Assembly (NCBI GenBank): GCA_963422645.2
Contig: CAXXVO010000004.1
Span: 192,001 to 256,000, forward strand
DNA: 64,000 bases
Source of the DNA: Alphaproteobacteria bacterium
GTDB lineage: Bacteria > Pseudomonadota > Alphaproteobacteria > UBA828
Direction: 5' to 3'
Under the pieces are notes generated by a model that worked only from the letters and a program-made list of their open reading frames with translations, was not told the DNA's origin and did no database searches. The position numbers and the translations under genes were made by a program. Of the stretch, positions 38,849 to 49,560 are shown in pieces; within the stretch, counting starts at the first letter, position 1; the number at the start of each line of letters is the position of its first letter.

Positions 38849-41020
38849 ATGGTCCATTCGGTTGACGTGGTGGAAAGCGCGGAAGGGGTACGTCCGGCGC
38901 CCGTAGTCGGCGGCGGCGCGTTCGAGATCGTCTCCGCGTTCGAGCCGGCGGGCGACCAGCCCGAGGCGATCGCGCAGCTGATCGAGGGTGTGCGCGCGGG
39001 CGAGCGCGACCAGGTGCTGCTGGGCGTCACCGGGTCGGGCAAGACCTTCACCATGACCCATGTGATCAAGGCGCTCGGCCGGCCCACGCTGATCCTCGCG
39101 CCCAACAAGACCCTCGCCGCCCAGCTCTACGGCGAGATGAAGGAGTTCCTGCCGAACAGCGCCGTCGAGTATTTCGTCTCCTACTACGACTACTATCAGC
39201 CGGAGGCCTACGTCCCGCGCTCGGACACCTATATCGAGAAGGACGCCTCGATCAACGAGCACATCGACCGCATGCGCCACAGCGCCACGCGCGCGCTGCT
39301 GGAGCGCGAGGATGTGGTGATCGTGGCCTCGGTCTCGTGCATCTACGGTATCGGCGCGGTCGAGACCTATTCGTCGATGGCGGTCTCGCTCGCGCTGGAG
39401 GGGCGGGTCGACCAGCGCGCGCTGATCCGCAAGCTGATCGATTTGCAATACCGCCGCACCAACCAGTCGCTTGAGCGCGGCAGCTTCCGTGTGCGTGGCG
39501 ACGTGATCGAGCTGTTCCCGGCCCATTCCGAGGACCGTGCCTGGCGGATCTCGCTCTTCGGTGACGAGATCGAGGAGATCATCGAGTTCGATCCGCTCAC
39601 CGGCACCAAGACCGACAAGCTCGTGCGCGTGCGCATCTACCCCAACAGCCACTACGTCACGCCGCGCCCCACCGTGCGCCAGGCGATCAAGCAGGTCAGG
39701 GTCGAGCTTGCCCAGAGGCTGGAGGAGTTCAACGCGCAGGGCCAGCTGCTGGAGGCCCAGCGGCTGGAGCAGCGCACGCTCTTCGACCTGGAGATGATGG
39801 AGGCGACCGGCAGCTGCGCCGGCATCGAGAACTACTCGCGCTACCTGACCGGCCGCAATCCGGGCGAGCCGCCGCCGACGCTCTTCGAGTATCTGCCGGA
39901 GAACGCGCTGCTGATCGTGGATGAGTCCCACGTCACCGTGCCGCAGTTGGGCGGCATGTTCCGCGGCGACTTCAAGCGCAAGTCGACGCTCGCCGCGTTC
40001 GGCTTCCGCCTGCCTTCGTGCGTCGACAACCGGCCGCTCAAGTTCGAGGAGTGGGACGCCATGCGGCCGGAGACCGTCTTCGTCTCCGCGACTCCGGGGC
40101 GGTGGGAGCTGGAACGCACCGGCGGGGTCTTCGTCGAGCAGGTCATTCGCCCGACCGGGCTGATCGACCCGGTCTGCGTGGTCCGCCCGGTCGAGCAGCA
40201 GGTCGACGACCTGATCGCGGAGTGCAAGGACTGCGCCGCCAGGGGGCTCCGCGTGCTGGTCACGACCCTCACCAAACGCATGGCCGAAGACCTGACCGAG
40301 TACCTCCACGAGGCCGGCGTGCGCGTGCGCTATCTGCATTCCGACATCGACACCATCGAGCGCATCGAGATCATCCGTGACCTGCGCCTCGGCGCCTTCG
40401 ACGTGCTGGTGGGCATCAACCTCCTGCGCGAGGGGTTGGACATCCCCGAATGCGGGCTGGTGGCGATCCTGGACGCCGACAAGGAGGGCTTTCTGCGCTC
40501 CCAGACCTCGCTGATCCAGACCATCGGCCGAGCCGCGCGCAACATCGACGGCCGCGTGGTTCTCTACGCCGACCACATGACAGACTCGCTCAGCAACGCG
40601 CTGGCGGAGACCGAGCGCCGGCGCACGCGCCAGCAGGCATACAACGTCGCCAACGGCATCACGCCGGAAAGCGTGCGCAAGTCGATCAACGACATTCTGG
40701 AGAGCGTCTACGGCGGCGACCACGTCACTGTCGAGACCGGCGACGAGGCGACGCCCCACCTGATCGGCCACAACCTGGAGGCCCACCTCAAGGACCTGGA
40801 AGCGCGCATGAAGGCGGCGGCAGGAGAGCTGGAGTTCGAGGAGGCAGCGCGGCTCCGCGACGAGATCCGCCGGCTCAACGAGCAGGACCTGGGCCTCAAG
40901 GGCGCCCGGGGCGACGGCAGCGGCGGAAGCCACGGGCGGAGCAGCAAGGGCGCGCCCGGCACGTCGGCCCGCAAGCGCGGCAAGAAGAAGGCCCCGCGCC
41001 GCCGCAGCGCGTTCGGCTGA
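38849..41020 (+). CDS. uvrB: Excinuclease ABC subunit B
   Basis: [59 protein letters not shown]-terminal UVR domain. Confidence 0.98.
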   Translation: MVHSVDVVESAEGVRPAPVVGGGAFEIVSAFEPAGDQPEAIAQLIEGVRAGERDQVLLGVTGSGKTFTMTHVIKALGRPTLILAPNKTLAAQLYGEMKEFLPNSAVEYFVSYYDYYQPEAYVPRSDTYIEKDASINEHIDRMRHSATRALLEREDVVIVASVSCIYGIGAVETYSSMAVSLALEGRVDQRALIRKLIDLQYRRTNQSLERGSFRVRGDVIELFPAHSEDRAWRISLFGDEIEEIIEFDPLTGTKTDKLVRVRIYPNSHYVTPRPTVRQAIKQVRVELAQRLEEFNAQGQLLEAQRLEQRTLFDLEMMEATGSCAGIENYSRYLTGRNPGEPPPTLFEYLPENALLIVDESHVTVPQLGGMFRGDFKRKSTLAAFGFRLPSCVDNRPLKFEEWDAMRPETVFVSATPGRWELERTGGVFVEQVIRPTGLIDPVCVVRPVEQQVDDLIAECKDCAARGLRVLVTTLTKRMAEDLTEYLHEAGVRVRYLHSDIDTIERIEIIRDLRLGAFDVLVGINLLREGLDIPECGLVAILDADKEGFLRSQTSLIQTIGRAARNIDGRVVLYADHMTDSLSNALAETERRRTRQQAYNVANGITPESVRKSINDILESVYGGDHVTVETGDEATPHLIGHNLEAHLKDLEARMKAAAGELEFEEAARLRDEIRRLNEQDLGLKGARGDGSGGSHGRSSKGAPGTSARKRGKKKAPRRRSAFG

Positions 41021-41042
41021 GGCGAGACGCGGCGCCCGGCCC

Positions 41043-42062
41043 ATGGTCGCACTCTCGGTCCTCGATCTTTCGCCGATTCCCGAAGGCGCGGACGCGGCGC
41101 AGGCCTTCCGCAACACGGTGGAGCTCGCGCGCCACGTCGAGCGCCTGGGGTTCCGCCGCTATTGGCTGGCCGAGCATCACAACATGGCCGGGATCGGCAG
41201 CGCCGCGACGGCGGTGCTGATCGGCCACGTCGCGGGCGCCACCGAGACCATCCGCGTCGGTGCCGGCGGCATCATGCTGCCCAACCACGCGCCGCTGGTG
41301 ATCGCCGAGCAGTTCGGCACCCTGGAATCGCTCTATCCGGGACGGATCGACCTCGGCATCGGGCGCGCGCCGGGGACCGACCAGATGACGTCGCACGCGC
41401 TCAGGCGCACGCTCACCGGCGACGTCAACGACTTCCCGCGGGACGTGGTGGAGCTGCAGAGCTACTTCCAGCCGCCGGAACCGGGCAGGCGCGTGCGCGC
41501 CGTGCCGGGGGCGGGCCTCATCGTGCCGATCTGGATTCTGGGCTCGAGCCTCTTCGGCGCCCAGCTCGCCGCCGCGTTGGGGCTGCCCTACGCCTTCGCC
41601 TCGCACTTCGCGCCCGCCGCGCTGATGCAGGCGATCCAGGTCTACCGCGAGCAGTTCCGCCCCTCGGAGCAGAGCGCCACGCCTTACGTGATGGCAGGGT
41701 TCAATGTCTTCGCCGCCGACAGCGAGGACGAGGCGGCTTACGTGCGAAGCTCGGCGCAGCAAGCGGTGCTGAACCTGCACCGGAACTCTCCCGGCCCGCT
41801 GCCCCGCCCCGTGCGCGGCTTCGAGGCCACCCTCGATGCGCAGGAACAGACCATCCTCGCACGCTGGTTCACCTGCGCGGCTTCGGGCACGCCGGAGACG
41901 GTGGCGCGGAGCCTGGCGGCCTTCGCCGAGCAGACCGGCGTCGACGAGATCATGGTGACGTCGAACATCCACGACCACGCCGCCCGGCTGCGCTCCTACG
42001 AGATCACGGCCGAGGCCGGCGCCCAGTTGGCTCGCCAGACGGCGGCACAGGGGGCGGGCTAA
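41043..42062 (+). CDS. LLM-class flavin-dependent oxidoreductase (luciferase-like)
   Basis: [51 protein letters not shown]. Confidence 0.92.
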   Translation: MVALSVLDLSPIPEGADAAQAFRNTVELARHVERLGFRRYWLAEHHNMAGIGSAATAVLIGHVAGATETIRVGAGGIMLPNHAPLVIAEQFGTLESLYPGRIDLGIGRAPGTDQMTSHALRRTLTGDVNDFPRDVVELQSYFQPPEPGRRVRAVPGAGLIVPIWILGSSLFGAQLAAALGLPYAFASHFAPAALMQAIQVYREQFRPSEQSATPYVMAGFNVFAADSEDEAAYVRSSAQQAVLNLHRNSPGPLPRPVRGFEATLDAQEQTILARWFTCAASGTPETVARSLAAFAEQTGVDEIMVTSNIHDHAARLRSYEITAEAGAQLARQTAAQGAG

Positions 42063-42110
42063 CCGGCCTGCCTGCGAGCCCCTTACCGGGACGGCGCCGT
42101 CAGGCGGCAA

Positions 42111-42818
42111 TCATTCGGATGCGGACTCGGCTGCGCCGGCGCTCTTCAAACCCCGACACGGCATCGGATAGGTGATCGTTCCCGGCGCGTACTCTTTGCT
42201 CTTGTCGAAGCATGTGACTCGAAGGGGACCGTCGGCCCACAGGCGGTGAGGATTCATCGATCTATTCCAATCCTCCAGGAAGTAGGCGTCGCCCCAGGCC
42301 GACTCTTTGTTCAATCGCCTCTCGCTCCCGAGTAGCAAACGCAGATGTCGTACGCCTGCTGGGCAGCCGAACGCAGGACGATTGTCGCCGAGGCGCGCAA
42401 TGAGCTCGCCTCGCGACACGGTCTGCTCCTTTTCGACAAGAACGTCGGCGACACGGCCGTACAGCGCGATCATCTTTCTGCCGGATTTGGTCGTGCCATG
42501 ATCGACCGCGATCGTCGGTCCCTTGCACTTCTCGGCACGAATCTCGACGACCCGACCATCAGCGATGGCGATGATCGGCTGACCGGCAGGACCCGAGATA
42601 TCGATGCCCTGATTCCTGCCGGAGCGACGCGTCCCGTCCAGACCGATCCGGCTATGAAAGTCGGAAATGATCCGTTTGCCCGAAGCAATTCCGGGCGCAT
42701 AGCTCAAGTCCCACTTGGGGCCGGTATCGATCGGCGCACAAGCGGCCAGCGCCGCCACCGCGCAAGCGGTGACCGCGACCATTGCCAAGGCATGGAGCGG
42801 TATTCCTCGGATGCTCAT
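42111..42818 (-). CDS. M23 peptidase-like lipoprotein with degenerate zinc ligands
   Basis: Lipobox LAAC; GIDI.G..GQPIIAIADG.V, V..G..IA.LG; HxxxD reads NQGID and HxH reads HLR. Confidence 0.7.
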   Translation of the reverse strand: MSIRGIPLHALAMVAVTACAVAALAACAPIDTGPKWDLSYAPGIASGKRIISDFHSRIGLDGTRRSGRNQGIDISGPAGQPIIAIADGRVVEIRAEKCKGPTIAVDHGTTKSGRKMIALYGRVADVLVEKEQTVSRGELIARLGDNRPAFGCPAGVRHLRLLLGSERRLNKESAWGDAYFLEDWNRSMNPHRLWADGPLRVTCFDKSKEYAPGTITYPMPCRGLKSAGAAESASE

Positions 42819-42924
42819 TTCCTGACCTCCCAGCAGCCCTCCGGTGGATCTCTCGAAACGATCGCAACGCGAAAAGGGTATGCTGACGGGCGGCCGCTGA
42901 CCGAGCCCCGGCGGTGTCAGGCGT

Positions 42925-44790
42925 TCAGGCCCCCAAGGCGGCGCGGCGGCTGCGGTTGGCCTCAGCGGCGGCGGCAAGCTCGTCCTCGCTTGCATTGGCC
43001 CAGTAGCAGGCGCTGATGCGGCCGTCGCCCCGGCTCTCCAGGCCCGGCTCGTCCGTCGTGCAGCGCTCGAACGCGAGCGGGCAGCGCGAGTTGAAGCTGC
43101 ATCCGGGCGCAATGCCGATGGGGCTCGGCGGCTCGCCCTCCAGCAGGTTTTCCTCGGCGTCGTAGCGGCGCTCCTCGATGGTGGGCACCGCGCTCAGCAG
43201 CGCCTTGGTGTAGGGGTGGCCGGGGTCGAAAAAGACCGTGTGGTTGTCGGCGAGCTCGACGATCTTGCCGAGATACATCACGGCGATCCGCGTACACGCC
43301 CGACGCACCATGGCGAGATCGTGGGAGATGAAGATGTAGGTGAAGCCGTGCTCGGCCTGGAGCTTGTCGAAAATCTCCAGCAGCCGCGATTGCTCCACCT
43401 GGTCGAGCGCGGACAGCGTCTCGTCCAGGATCAGGAGGCGAGGCTCCAGCACCAGCGCGCGGGCGAGGTTGATGCGCTGACGCTGGCCGGCGCTGAGCCC
43501 GATCTGCAGGTGGTCGTAGATGTCGGCGGGGAGACCCACCTCGTTCATCACGTCGAGCACGCGATCGCGCATCGCGCGGCGCCCCATGCCGCCGTGGATC
43601 AGCAGCGGCTCCAGGATGGTGCGGCCCACCGGCATGTGCGGTGGCATGGCGTTGTAGGGGTCCTGGAGCAGGAGCTGGAAGCGGTGCCGGAGCCCGAGCA
43701 GCCGGCGCCGGTTCATCTTGGCGACGCTCTCGCCCTCGAAGGAGATCGAGCCCTTGTCGGGCGCCTCGATCCAGCTCAGCAGGCGCGAGAGCGTGGACTT
43801 GCCGCAGCCCGATTCGCCCACGATGCCGAAGTTCTCGCCCGCCTTCACGTCGAAGGTGACGCCGCGCACCGCTTCCACGTCGTTGTGGCCGAAGAAGCGG
43901 GTCGGGTCGTTGACGCGGTAGGTCTTGTAGACGTCGTCCACCTCCAGCAGCGCGGCCTCGCCCTCGGTCTTGGGCTGGGCGCGCTCCTCCACCGCCCAGA
44001 TGCGCGGGATGCGCTCCAGCAGCCGCTTGGAGTAGTCGTGCTCGGGCCGGTTGACGATGGCCTCCGGGGTCGAGCGCTCGATGATCCGCCCTTCCTGCAG
44101 GACGATGATTTCGTCCGCGATCTCACGCACGATGGCGAGCGACGACGAGATGAAGATGATCGCCGTGTCCATCTGGTCGCGCAGGTCGTGCATCAGGCGG
44201 ATGATCTGGGCTGCGACGGTGACGTCGAGCTGCTGGGTGACGTTGTCGGCGATAAGGAAGGTGGGGTTGCTGACCAGGGCGTCGACGATCAGCGCGCGCT
44301 GCATCATGCCGCCGGAATACTGGAAGGGGAACTCGTCGAAGCGCTGCTCGGGGCGCGGCATGCGTACCGCGCTCAGCACCTCCAGCGCGCGCTCGCGCGC
44401 GGCCGCCTTCGACATGTCGGGCTGGACCGCGCGCAGCTTCTCCACGATCTGATGGCCGACCGGGATGGTCGGATCCAGGGCGCTGCCGGGGTCCGAGCCG
44501 ATATAGCCGATCTCGCGACCGCGCAGCGCCTGCATCTCGGCCGCGGGTATGGTGAGCAGGTCCCGCCCGTGATAGCCGACGCTGCCGGCAGTGATCTTGA
44601 GCGGCTCCGTGATCGCATTGCAGAGCACGCGGCTCAGCACGGTCTTGCCCGAGCCGCTTTCGCCGATGATGCCGAGCACCTGGCGCTCGCGCAGCTGGAA
44701 GCTCACGTCGCGCAGGATCGGCTCGCTCACGCCGCGGCGGACGAGGTCGACCGAAATGCCCTGCGCGTCGAGGAGCGGCGGTGCCGACAT
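42925..44790 (-). CDS. Peptide/nickel ABC transporter ATP-binding protein, fused double domain
   Basis: Two Walker A motifs (GESGSGKT, GESGCGKS), SGGMMQR and SAGQRQR, HPYT..LL, C.F..RCP. Confidence 0.93.
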   Translation of the reverse strand: MSAPPLLDAQGISVDLVRRGVSEPILRDVSFQLRERQVLGIIGESGSGKTVLSRVLCNAITEPLKITAGSVGYHGRDLLTIPAAEMQALRGREIGYIGSDPGSALDPTIPVGHQIVEKLRAVQPDMSKAAARERALEVLSAVRMPRPEQRFDEFPFQYSGGMMQRALIVDALVSNPTFLIADNVTQQLDVTVAAQIIRLMHDLRDQMDTAIIFISSSLAIVREIADEIIVLQEGRIIERSTPEAIVNRPEHDYSKRLLERIPRIWAVEERAQPKTEGEAALLEVDDVYKTYRVNDPTRFFGHNDVEAVRGVTFDVKAGENFGIVGESGCGKSTLSRLLSWIEAPDKGSISFEGESVAKMNRRRLLGLRHRFQLLLQDPYNAMPPHMPVGRTILEPLLIHGGMGRRAMRDRVLDVMNEVGLPADIYDHLQIGLSAGQRQRINLARALVLEPRLLILDETLSALDQVEQSRLLEIFDKLQAEHGFTYIFISHDLAMVRRACTRIAVMYLGKIVELADNHTVFFDPGHPYTKALLSAVPTIEERRYDAEENLLEGEPPSPIGIAPGCSFNSRCPLAFERCTTDEPGLESRGDGRISACYWANASEDELAAAAEANRSRRAALGA

Positions 44791-44793
44791 GGG

Positions 44794-45702
44794 CTAGACG
44801 ATCCCTTGGAAGAGCTTGTTGCGGGCGCGCTCCAGCGAGGCGCCCATCAGGTTGATGCTGATGAGCGTGAGGATGAGGAAGACCCCGGGCATCGTCGGGA
44901 TCCACCAGCTGTTCACCAGGTACTTGTAGCCGTCGGCGATGATGTTGCCGAAGGTCGGCGTCGGCGGCTGGATGCCGATGCCGAGGAAGCCGAAGAGCGC
45001 CTCGAAGATCATCATGCGAGCGATGTCGAGCACGGCGACGAAGGCGATGGGCGGCAGGATGTTGGGCGCGATCATGAGCGTGGCGATCCTGAGGTCGCTC
45101 GCACCCAGAATCTTCGCCCCCCTTACATATTCGCGCTCGCGCTCGGCGAGCGCGATGCTTCGCACCACGCGGGCATAAATCGGCCACCCCGCCAGCACCA
45201 GCACGGCGGTCACCGTGAAGGGGTTGGGGCGGCTCACGCTAAGGATCGTGATCGCCAGCACGATCACCGGGATCGAGAGCTGGGCGTCGGTGATGCGCAT
45301 CAGGATGATATCGACCCAACGGCCCCAGTAGCCGGAAATCACGCCGAGCGTGCAGCCGACGACGAACATGATCGCAACCGCCGCCGCGGCGATGCCGAGC
45401 CCGTTGCGGAGTCCCACCAGCGAGCGCACGAAGAGGTCTCGGCCCAGTTGGTCCGTGCCGGCAATATGGGCCCAGGTACCGCCCTCCAGGAAGATGGGCG
45501 GCAGGAAACGCTCGCGGACGCTGATCTTCATGGGATCGTAGGGCGAGAGTTCCGGCCAGATGATCGCGGCGCCGACGAGCAGGGTGAATACGCCGAGCCC
45601 GATCTTGAAGCTCATCATCTCCCAGGCGAGGCGGAACATCCGCCGGGTGACGGATTCACCCCGTCCCCGCGGGGCGCTGCTTGTTCCGGTCTCGGCAGCC
45701 AT
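44794..45702 (-). CDS. Peptide ABC transporter permease (DppC-like)
   Basis: GTDQLGRD, EYV.GA..LGAS, FLGIGIQPPTP. Confidence 0.92.
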   Translation of the reverse strand: MAAETGTSSAPRGRGESVTRRMFRLAWEMMSFKIGLGVFTLLVGAAIIWPELSPYDPMKISVRERFLPPIFLEGGTWAHIAGTDQLGRDLFVRSLVGLRNGLGIAAAAVAIMFVVGCTLGVISGYWGRWVDIILMRITDAQLSIPVIVLAITILSVSRPNPFTVTAVLVLAGWPIYARVVRSIALAEREREYVRGAKILGASDLRIATLMIAPNILPPIAFVAVLDIARMMIFEALFGFLGIGIQPPTPTFGNIIADGYKYLVNSWWIPTMPGVFLILTLISINLMGASLERARNKLFQGIV

Positions 45703-46721
45703 CAGAACTTGAGCCTGCGGTCGATGAAGGTCGATGCCAGGTCGACCATGATGTTCGCGAGCACGAGTATGCTCGCCGCCAGGATGGCGACGCCCTGAAT
45801 CACCGGGAAATCACGCTGCAACACCGCCTGCACGGTGGTGCGCCCGACACCGGGATAGTCGAACACGAACTCGGTGACGAAGACCCCGCCCAGCAGCAGA
45901 CCGCCGATCTGCACGCCGAAGAGGTTCAGCATGGGGATCGACGAGTTGCGCAGCACATGACGAACGATGATCTGCCGCCAGGGCAGGCCGCGCACAATGC
46001 CGCCGGAGACATAGCCGGCCTGAAGCGCCTGGGCGATCGACATCGAAAGCCCGCGGATGATGATCGGCGCGAGCTCCACGGCGAGCACGATGGCGGGCAG
46101 GATGACGTAGGCGAAGTTCTTGTAGCCGATGGAGGGCAGCAGGCCGGCGCGTGCCGTGATCAGCAGGATCAGCACCAGCGCGAGCCAGAAGTTGGGTAAG
46201 GATATGAAGACCGAGCCTATGAAGAAGGCTAATCGGTCCTGCCACTTCTCCTGATTGAGGCCGGCCGCAATTCCAAGCGGCACCGCCAACACCAGGGTGA
46301 AGAGCAGGCCGAGGCCCGCCAGCATCAGTGTATAGGGCAGACCGTCCCCTACGACCTTGAGCACACCGGCGCGCGTCATCTTCGCCTCGCGCTGCTCGGT
46401 GACGGTATCCTGCCCCTTGCCGCCGGAGACGTTCTGCACCGTGAGTGCGATGCCGGTCTCGCCGATGAAGTAGGATTCGCCGAAGTCCCCCTGCACCGCC
46501 TTGGCGATGTAGCGGACGAACTGCTCGGGGATGGAATCGCGTAAGCCCAGCTCCTGCGCGCGGGCCTCGACCACCGCCTGGGTGGTGCTGGGCCCCAGCA
46601 TGATGCGCACCGGATCGCCCGGAATGACCCGCAGCAGGGTGAAGATCAGGAACGTCACCAGCAGCACGATGACCACGCCCTGGGCAAGGCGCCGGATCAG
46701 GAACGTGAGGACGAAGGCCAT
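45702..46721 (-). CDS. Peptide ABC transporter permease (DppB-like)
   Basis: IPGDPV, GDFGES, PNFW, RGL...I..RHVLRN, E.VF.YPG.G, RDFPVIQG. Confidence 0.92.
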   Translation of the reverse strand: MAFVLTFLIRRLAQGVVIVLLVTFLIFTLLRVIPGDPVRIMLGPSTTQAVVEARAQELGLRDSIPEQFVRYIAKAVQGDFGESYFIGETGIALTVQNVSGGKGQDTVTEQREAKMTRAGVLKVVGDGLPYTLMLAGLGLLFTLVLAVPLGIAAGLNQEKWQDRLAFFIGSVFISLPNFWLALVLILLITARAGLLPSIGYKNFAYVILPAIVLAVELAPIIIRGLSMSIAQALQAGYVSGGIVRGLPWRQIIVRHVLRNSSIPMLNLFGVQIGGLLLGGVFVTEFVFDYPGVGRTTVQAVLQRDFPVIQGVAILAASILVLANIMVDLASTFIDRRLKF

Positions 46722-46795
46722 GCGCGGTCCGTGCTACGCGGTAGGGTGAAGTGAGGCGGGGGCTCCGCCTGCCCGGAGCCCCCAAGGATGATCGG

Positions 46796-48358
46796 TCAGG
46801 ACTTGAGTGTCGCGTTGACCTTGTCGACCGGCCCGTTGGGAAGGAAGTAGATCCCCTCGATGGCCGGATGGTGGGCGTGGATCAGCACCGAGGTGAAGAG
46901 CCCGAAGCTCGGCAGATGCTCGGCCAGCGCCGGCATCAGCTCGTTCTGGATCGACGCGCGCCGCGCGTCCACGTCGGTGATCGTCTGCTGCTTCTCGATC
47001 GCCGCGTCGACCGTGTCACTGCCGCAGTTGGTCAGGATCAGGCCGTCCGAGTGCCACATGGGCCGGAGCACCAGGTTGGGCTCGGGCGAGCCGGTCATCC
47101 AGCCGGTGTCGGCGAGTTGCGGCGCGGTCTCGTCACGGGTCAGCACCCGCTCGATCCAGGACGCGACCTCCATCACCGTGAGCTGTACCGGGAAGCCCTG
47201 CTCCTGCAGGAGCGCGGTGATGACCTCGCCGTACTCCTTGGTCTTCGGGTAGAAGCCCTGGGAGGTCAGGTACTCGATCTGCGGCAGGCCGTCGCCGCCG
47301 GGATAGCCGGCCTCGGCCAGCAGCTCCTGGCAGCGCTCGGGACTGTACTCCGGCGAGTTCGGAATGCTGTCGGTGTAGCCGAACTTCACCGAGGAGAGCT
47401 GCCCCACGGTCGGATGGCCGGCCGGCCCCATCAGCTCGAGGATGAGGTCGCGGTCGATGGCATGCGCCGCAGCGTGGCGCAGCCTGACGTCGTCGAAGGG
47501 CGGCTCGTAGCAGCGGAAATGGAGGTACTTGTTCTCGGTCGAGACCGTGCGCGAGGTCGTGACGTTCTCCTCCAGCAGGGTCTCGTACTGCTCGGGCTCG
47601 ACCCGTTCGATGATGTCGAGCTCGCCGCTGATCAGGCTCACCAAACGCGTGCTGGCATCGGGCACGAACTGGTAGACGACCTCTTCGATCTCGGGCGTGC
47701 CGAGAATGTAGTCGGGGTTGGCGTTGAGGATGGTCGTCGGCCCGTCACGGCTGATGAACTTGTAGGAGCCCGCGCCGTTGGGGAACTCGTCGATGGCCTT
47801 GGTGTCGATGTCGTCCATGGACAGGATCGGCAGGAAGCCAGCGAGAAACCAGAACAGCGAGCCCGGATAGGAGCCGCCTTCGCCGCGCACCCGGCAGGTG
47901 TAGTCGTCGACCACCTGAACCTCGGCCTGACCGGGATACCAGGTGCCGGACGGCCGTTCGGGATTGGACGCGTACTCGAAGGTCGCCTTCACGTCGTGCG
48001 CCGTGAAGGGCTGGCCACGATGGAACTTGATGTCCTTGCGCAGCGAGTACTCGAGCCAGCCGTCCTCGACCACGTTCTGGCTGGTGGCCATCTCGTAGAC
48101 GATTTCGTCCGGCTGTGCCTGCGACATCGGCGTGCGGATGAGCTGGCCGAACACGTCATAGTCGAAATAGATCTGCGCCAGGATGGTGTGGCTGCTCGGG
48201 TCCCAGCTCGACGTGAAGGGCTCGGTCTGCCCCCACACGACGCTCTTCTTCCCCTGGCCCAGCGCCTTCTTGAAGAAAGGCGCCTGTCCGCCGAACGCGG
48301 CGATCGTGCCGGCTGCGGCGGTGCCTTTCAGGAAATTGCGCCGTGTCGTCTTGGTCAT
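46796..48358 (-). CDS. ABC transporter substrate-binding protein, family 5, Tat signal
   Basis: TRRNFLK, LR..IKFH.G..FTA.DVK, G.G.YK, DVRLR.A...AIDR, LL.EAGY. Confidence 0.92.
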   Translation of the reverse strand: MTKTTRRNFLKGTAAAGTIAAFGGQAPFFKKALGQGKKSVVWGQTEPFTSSWDPSSHTILAQIYFDYDVFGQLIRTPMSQAQPDEIVYEMATSQNVVEDGWLEYSLRKDIKFHRGQPFTAHDVKATFEYASNPERPSGTWYPGQAEVQVVDDYTCRVRGEGGSYPGSLFWFLAGFLPILSMDDIDTKAIDEFPNGAGSYKFISRDGPTTILNANPDYILGTPEIEEVVYQFVPDASTRLVSLISGELDIIERVEPEQYETLLEENVTTSRTVSTENKYLHFRCYEPPFDDVRLRHAAAHAIDRDLILELMGPAGHPTVGQLSSVKFGYTDSIPNSPEYSPERCQELLAEAGYPGGDGLPQIEYLTSQGFYPKTKEYGEVITALLQEQGFPVQLTVMEVASWIERVLTRDETAPQLADTGWMTGSPEPNLVLRPMWHSDGLILTNCGSDTVDAAIEKQQTITDVDARRASIQNELMPALAEHLPSFGLFTSVLIHAHHPAIEGIYFLPNGPVDKVNATLKS

Positions 48359-48504
48359 CGGTGTCTCCCCTGTGCGTCTCGTGCGTTCTTATCGATAAGG
48401 GATGCTAATACAGCCTTGGCTTAAGTGTACAGCCCGACTATCGCCGTCGGTTGCCGGGCGCTTCCCGCCGGCGATAGGATGCCCGAAGAGCCGGGGGGAC
48501 TGGA

Positions 48505-49560
48505 ATGGCGGTGGCTGAGGCACATGCGGAGGCAGCGGTGACGAGGGACGAGCTCGCCGCCCGGCTTGCCGTGCATCCGCGCATCCGGCTCGCGCATCTG
48601 CCGACACCGCTCGATCCCTGCCCCCGTCTTGCCGAGGCGATCGGCGTGCGCGCCCTCTACATCAAGCGGGACGACCTCACGGGGCTGGCCTTCGGCGGCA
48701 ACAAGACGCGCCATCTGGAGTTCACCTTCGCCGAGATCCTGAAGTCGGGCGCCGACACCGTGGTCGCGGGCGCCTACACGCAGTCCAACTGGTGCCGGCA
48801 GATCACGGCGGCGGCGTGCAAGCACGGTCTCGCGGTTTCGCTGGTGCTGATCCACGGCGTCAAGGGGCCGAAGGTGCAGGGCAATCTGCTGCTCGACCGG
48901 CTGATGGGCGCCGACGTGACCGTGGTCGACATCGACAGCATGGAGAAGATCCAGCCGCTGCTTGACGAGAAGGCCCGCACGCTGAAGGCAGCCGGCCGGA
49001 AGCCCTTCGTGATCGCGCCCTTCGCCCTCGATCAGCAGGTTCTGGCGGCGCTCGGCTACGTCGGCACGGCGATCGAGCTGGATGCCCAGTTCGAGGAGGT
49101 GGGGATCGACCCCACTCAGGTCTTCATCTGCGGCGCCAACAACACGCCGGCGGGCCTCGTCACCGGCCTGCGGGCGCTCGGCCGCCGGGCGCGCGTGGCG
49201 GCGATCAGCCCGATCCGCTGGGAAGAGCCCAGGGAGCTCGACATCGCACGGGTCGCCACCGCAACGGCCCGCGCGCTCGACCTCAATCTCGCGATCGACC
49301 CCGCCGACTTCGTCGCCGACGAGAACCATATCGGCGAGGACTACGGCGTGCTCTCTCCTGAGTCGCGCGCCGCCATCGGGCTCGTGGCCGAGACCGAGGG
49401 CATACTTCTCGACCCCGTCTATTCCGGCAAAGCCATGGCCGGGCTCATCGATCACGCGAAGCGCGGTACGGTCGGCGCGGACGAGACGGTGGTCTTCGTT
49501 CACACCGGCGGCATGCCGGCGCTCTTCGCCTACGCCGAGGATCTGATCGATGACGGCTGA
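48505..49560 (+). CDS. D-cysteine desulfhydrase-family PLP enzyme
   Basis: [36 protein letters not shown] (Ser) and FVHTGG (Thr), the non-ACC-deaminase signature. Confidence 0.88.
   Translation: MAVAEAHAEAAVTRDELAARLAVHPRIRLAHLPTPLDPCPRLAEAIGVRALYIKRDDLTGLAFGGNKTRHLEFTFAEILKSGADTVVAGAYTQSNWCRQITAAACKHGLAVSLVLIHGVKGPKVQGNLLLDRLMGADVTVVDIDSMEKIQPLLDEKARTLKAAGRKPFVIAPFALDQQVLAALGYVGTAIELDAQFEEVGIDPTQVFICGANNTPAGLVTGLRALGRRARVAAISPIRWEEPRELDIARVATATARALDLNLAIDPADFVADENHIGEDYGVLSPESRAAIGLVAETEGILLDPVYSGKAMAGLIDHAKRGTVGADETVVFVHTGGMPALFAYAEDLIDDG

Noticed and set aside
43216-45798. 860-aa plus-strand ORF and similar antisense ORFs (910-2577, 8466-10094, 38756-41116, 46751-48424)
   Set aside because: Antisense shadows of well-supported genes
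48505-49560. Second ACC deaminase
   Set aside because: Has Ser/Thr rather than Glu/Leu at the diagnostic positions
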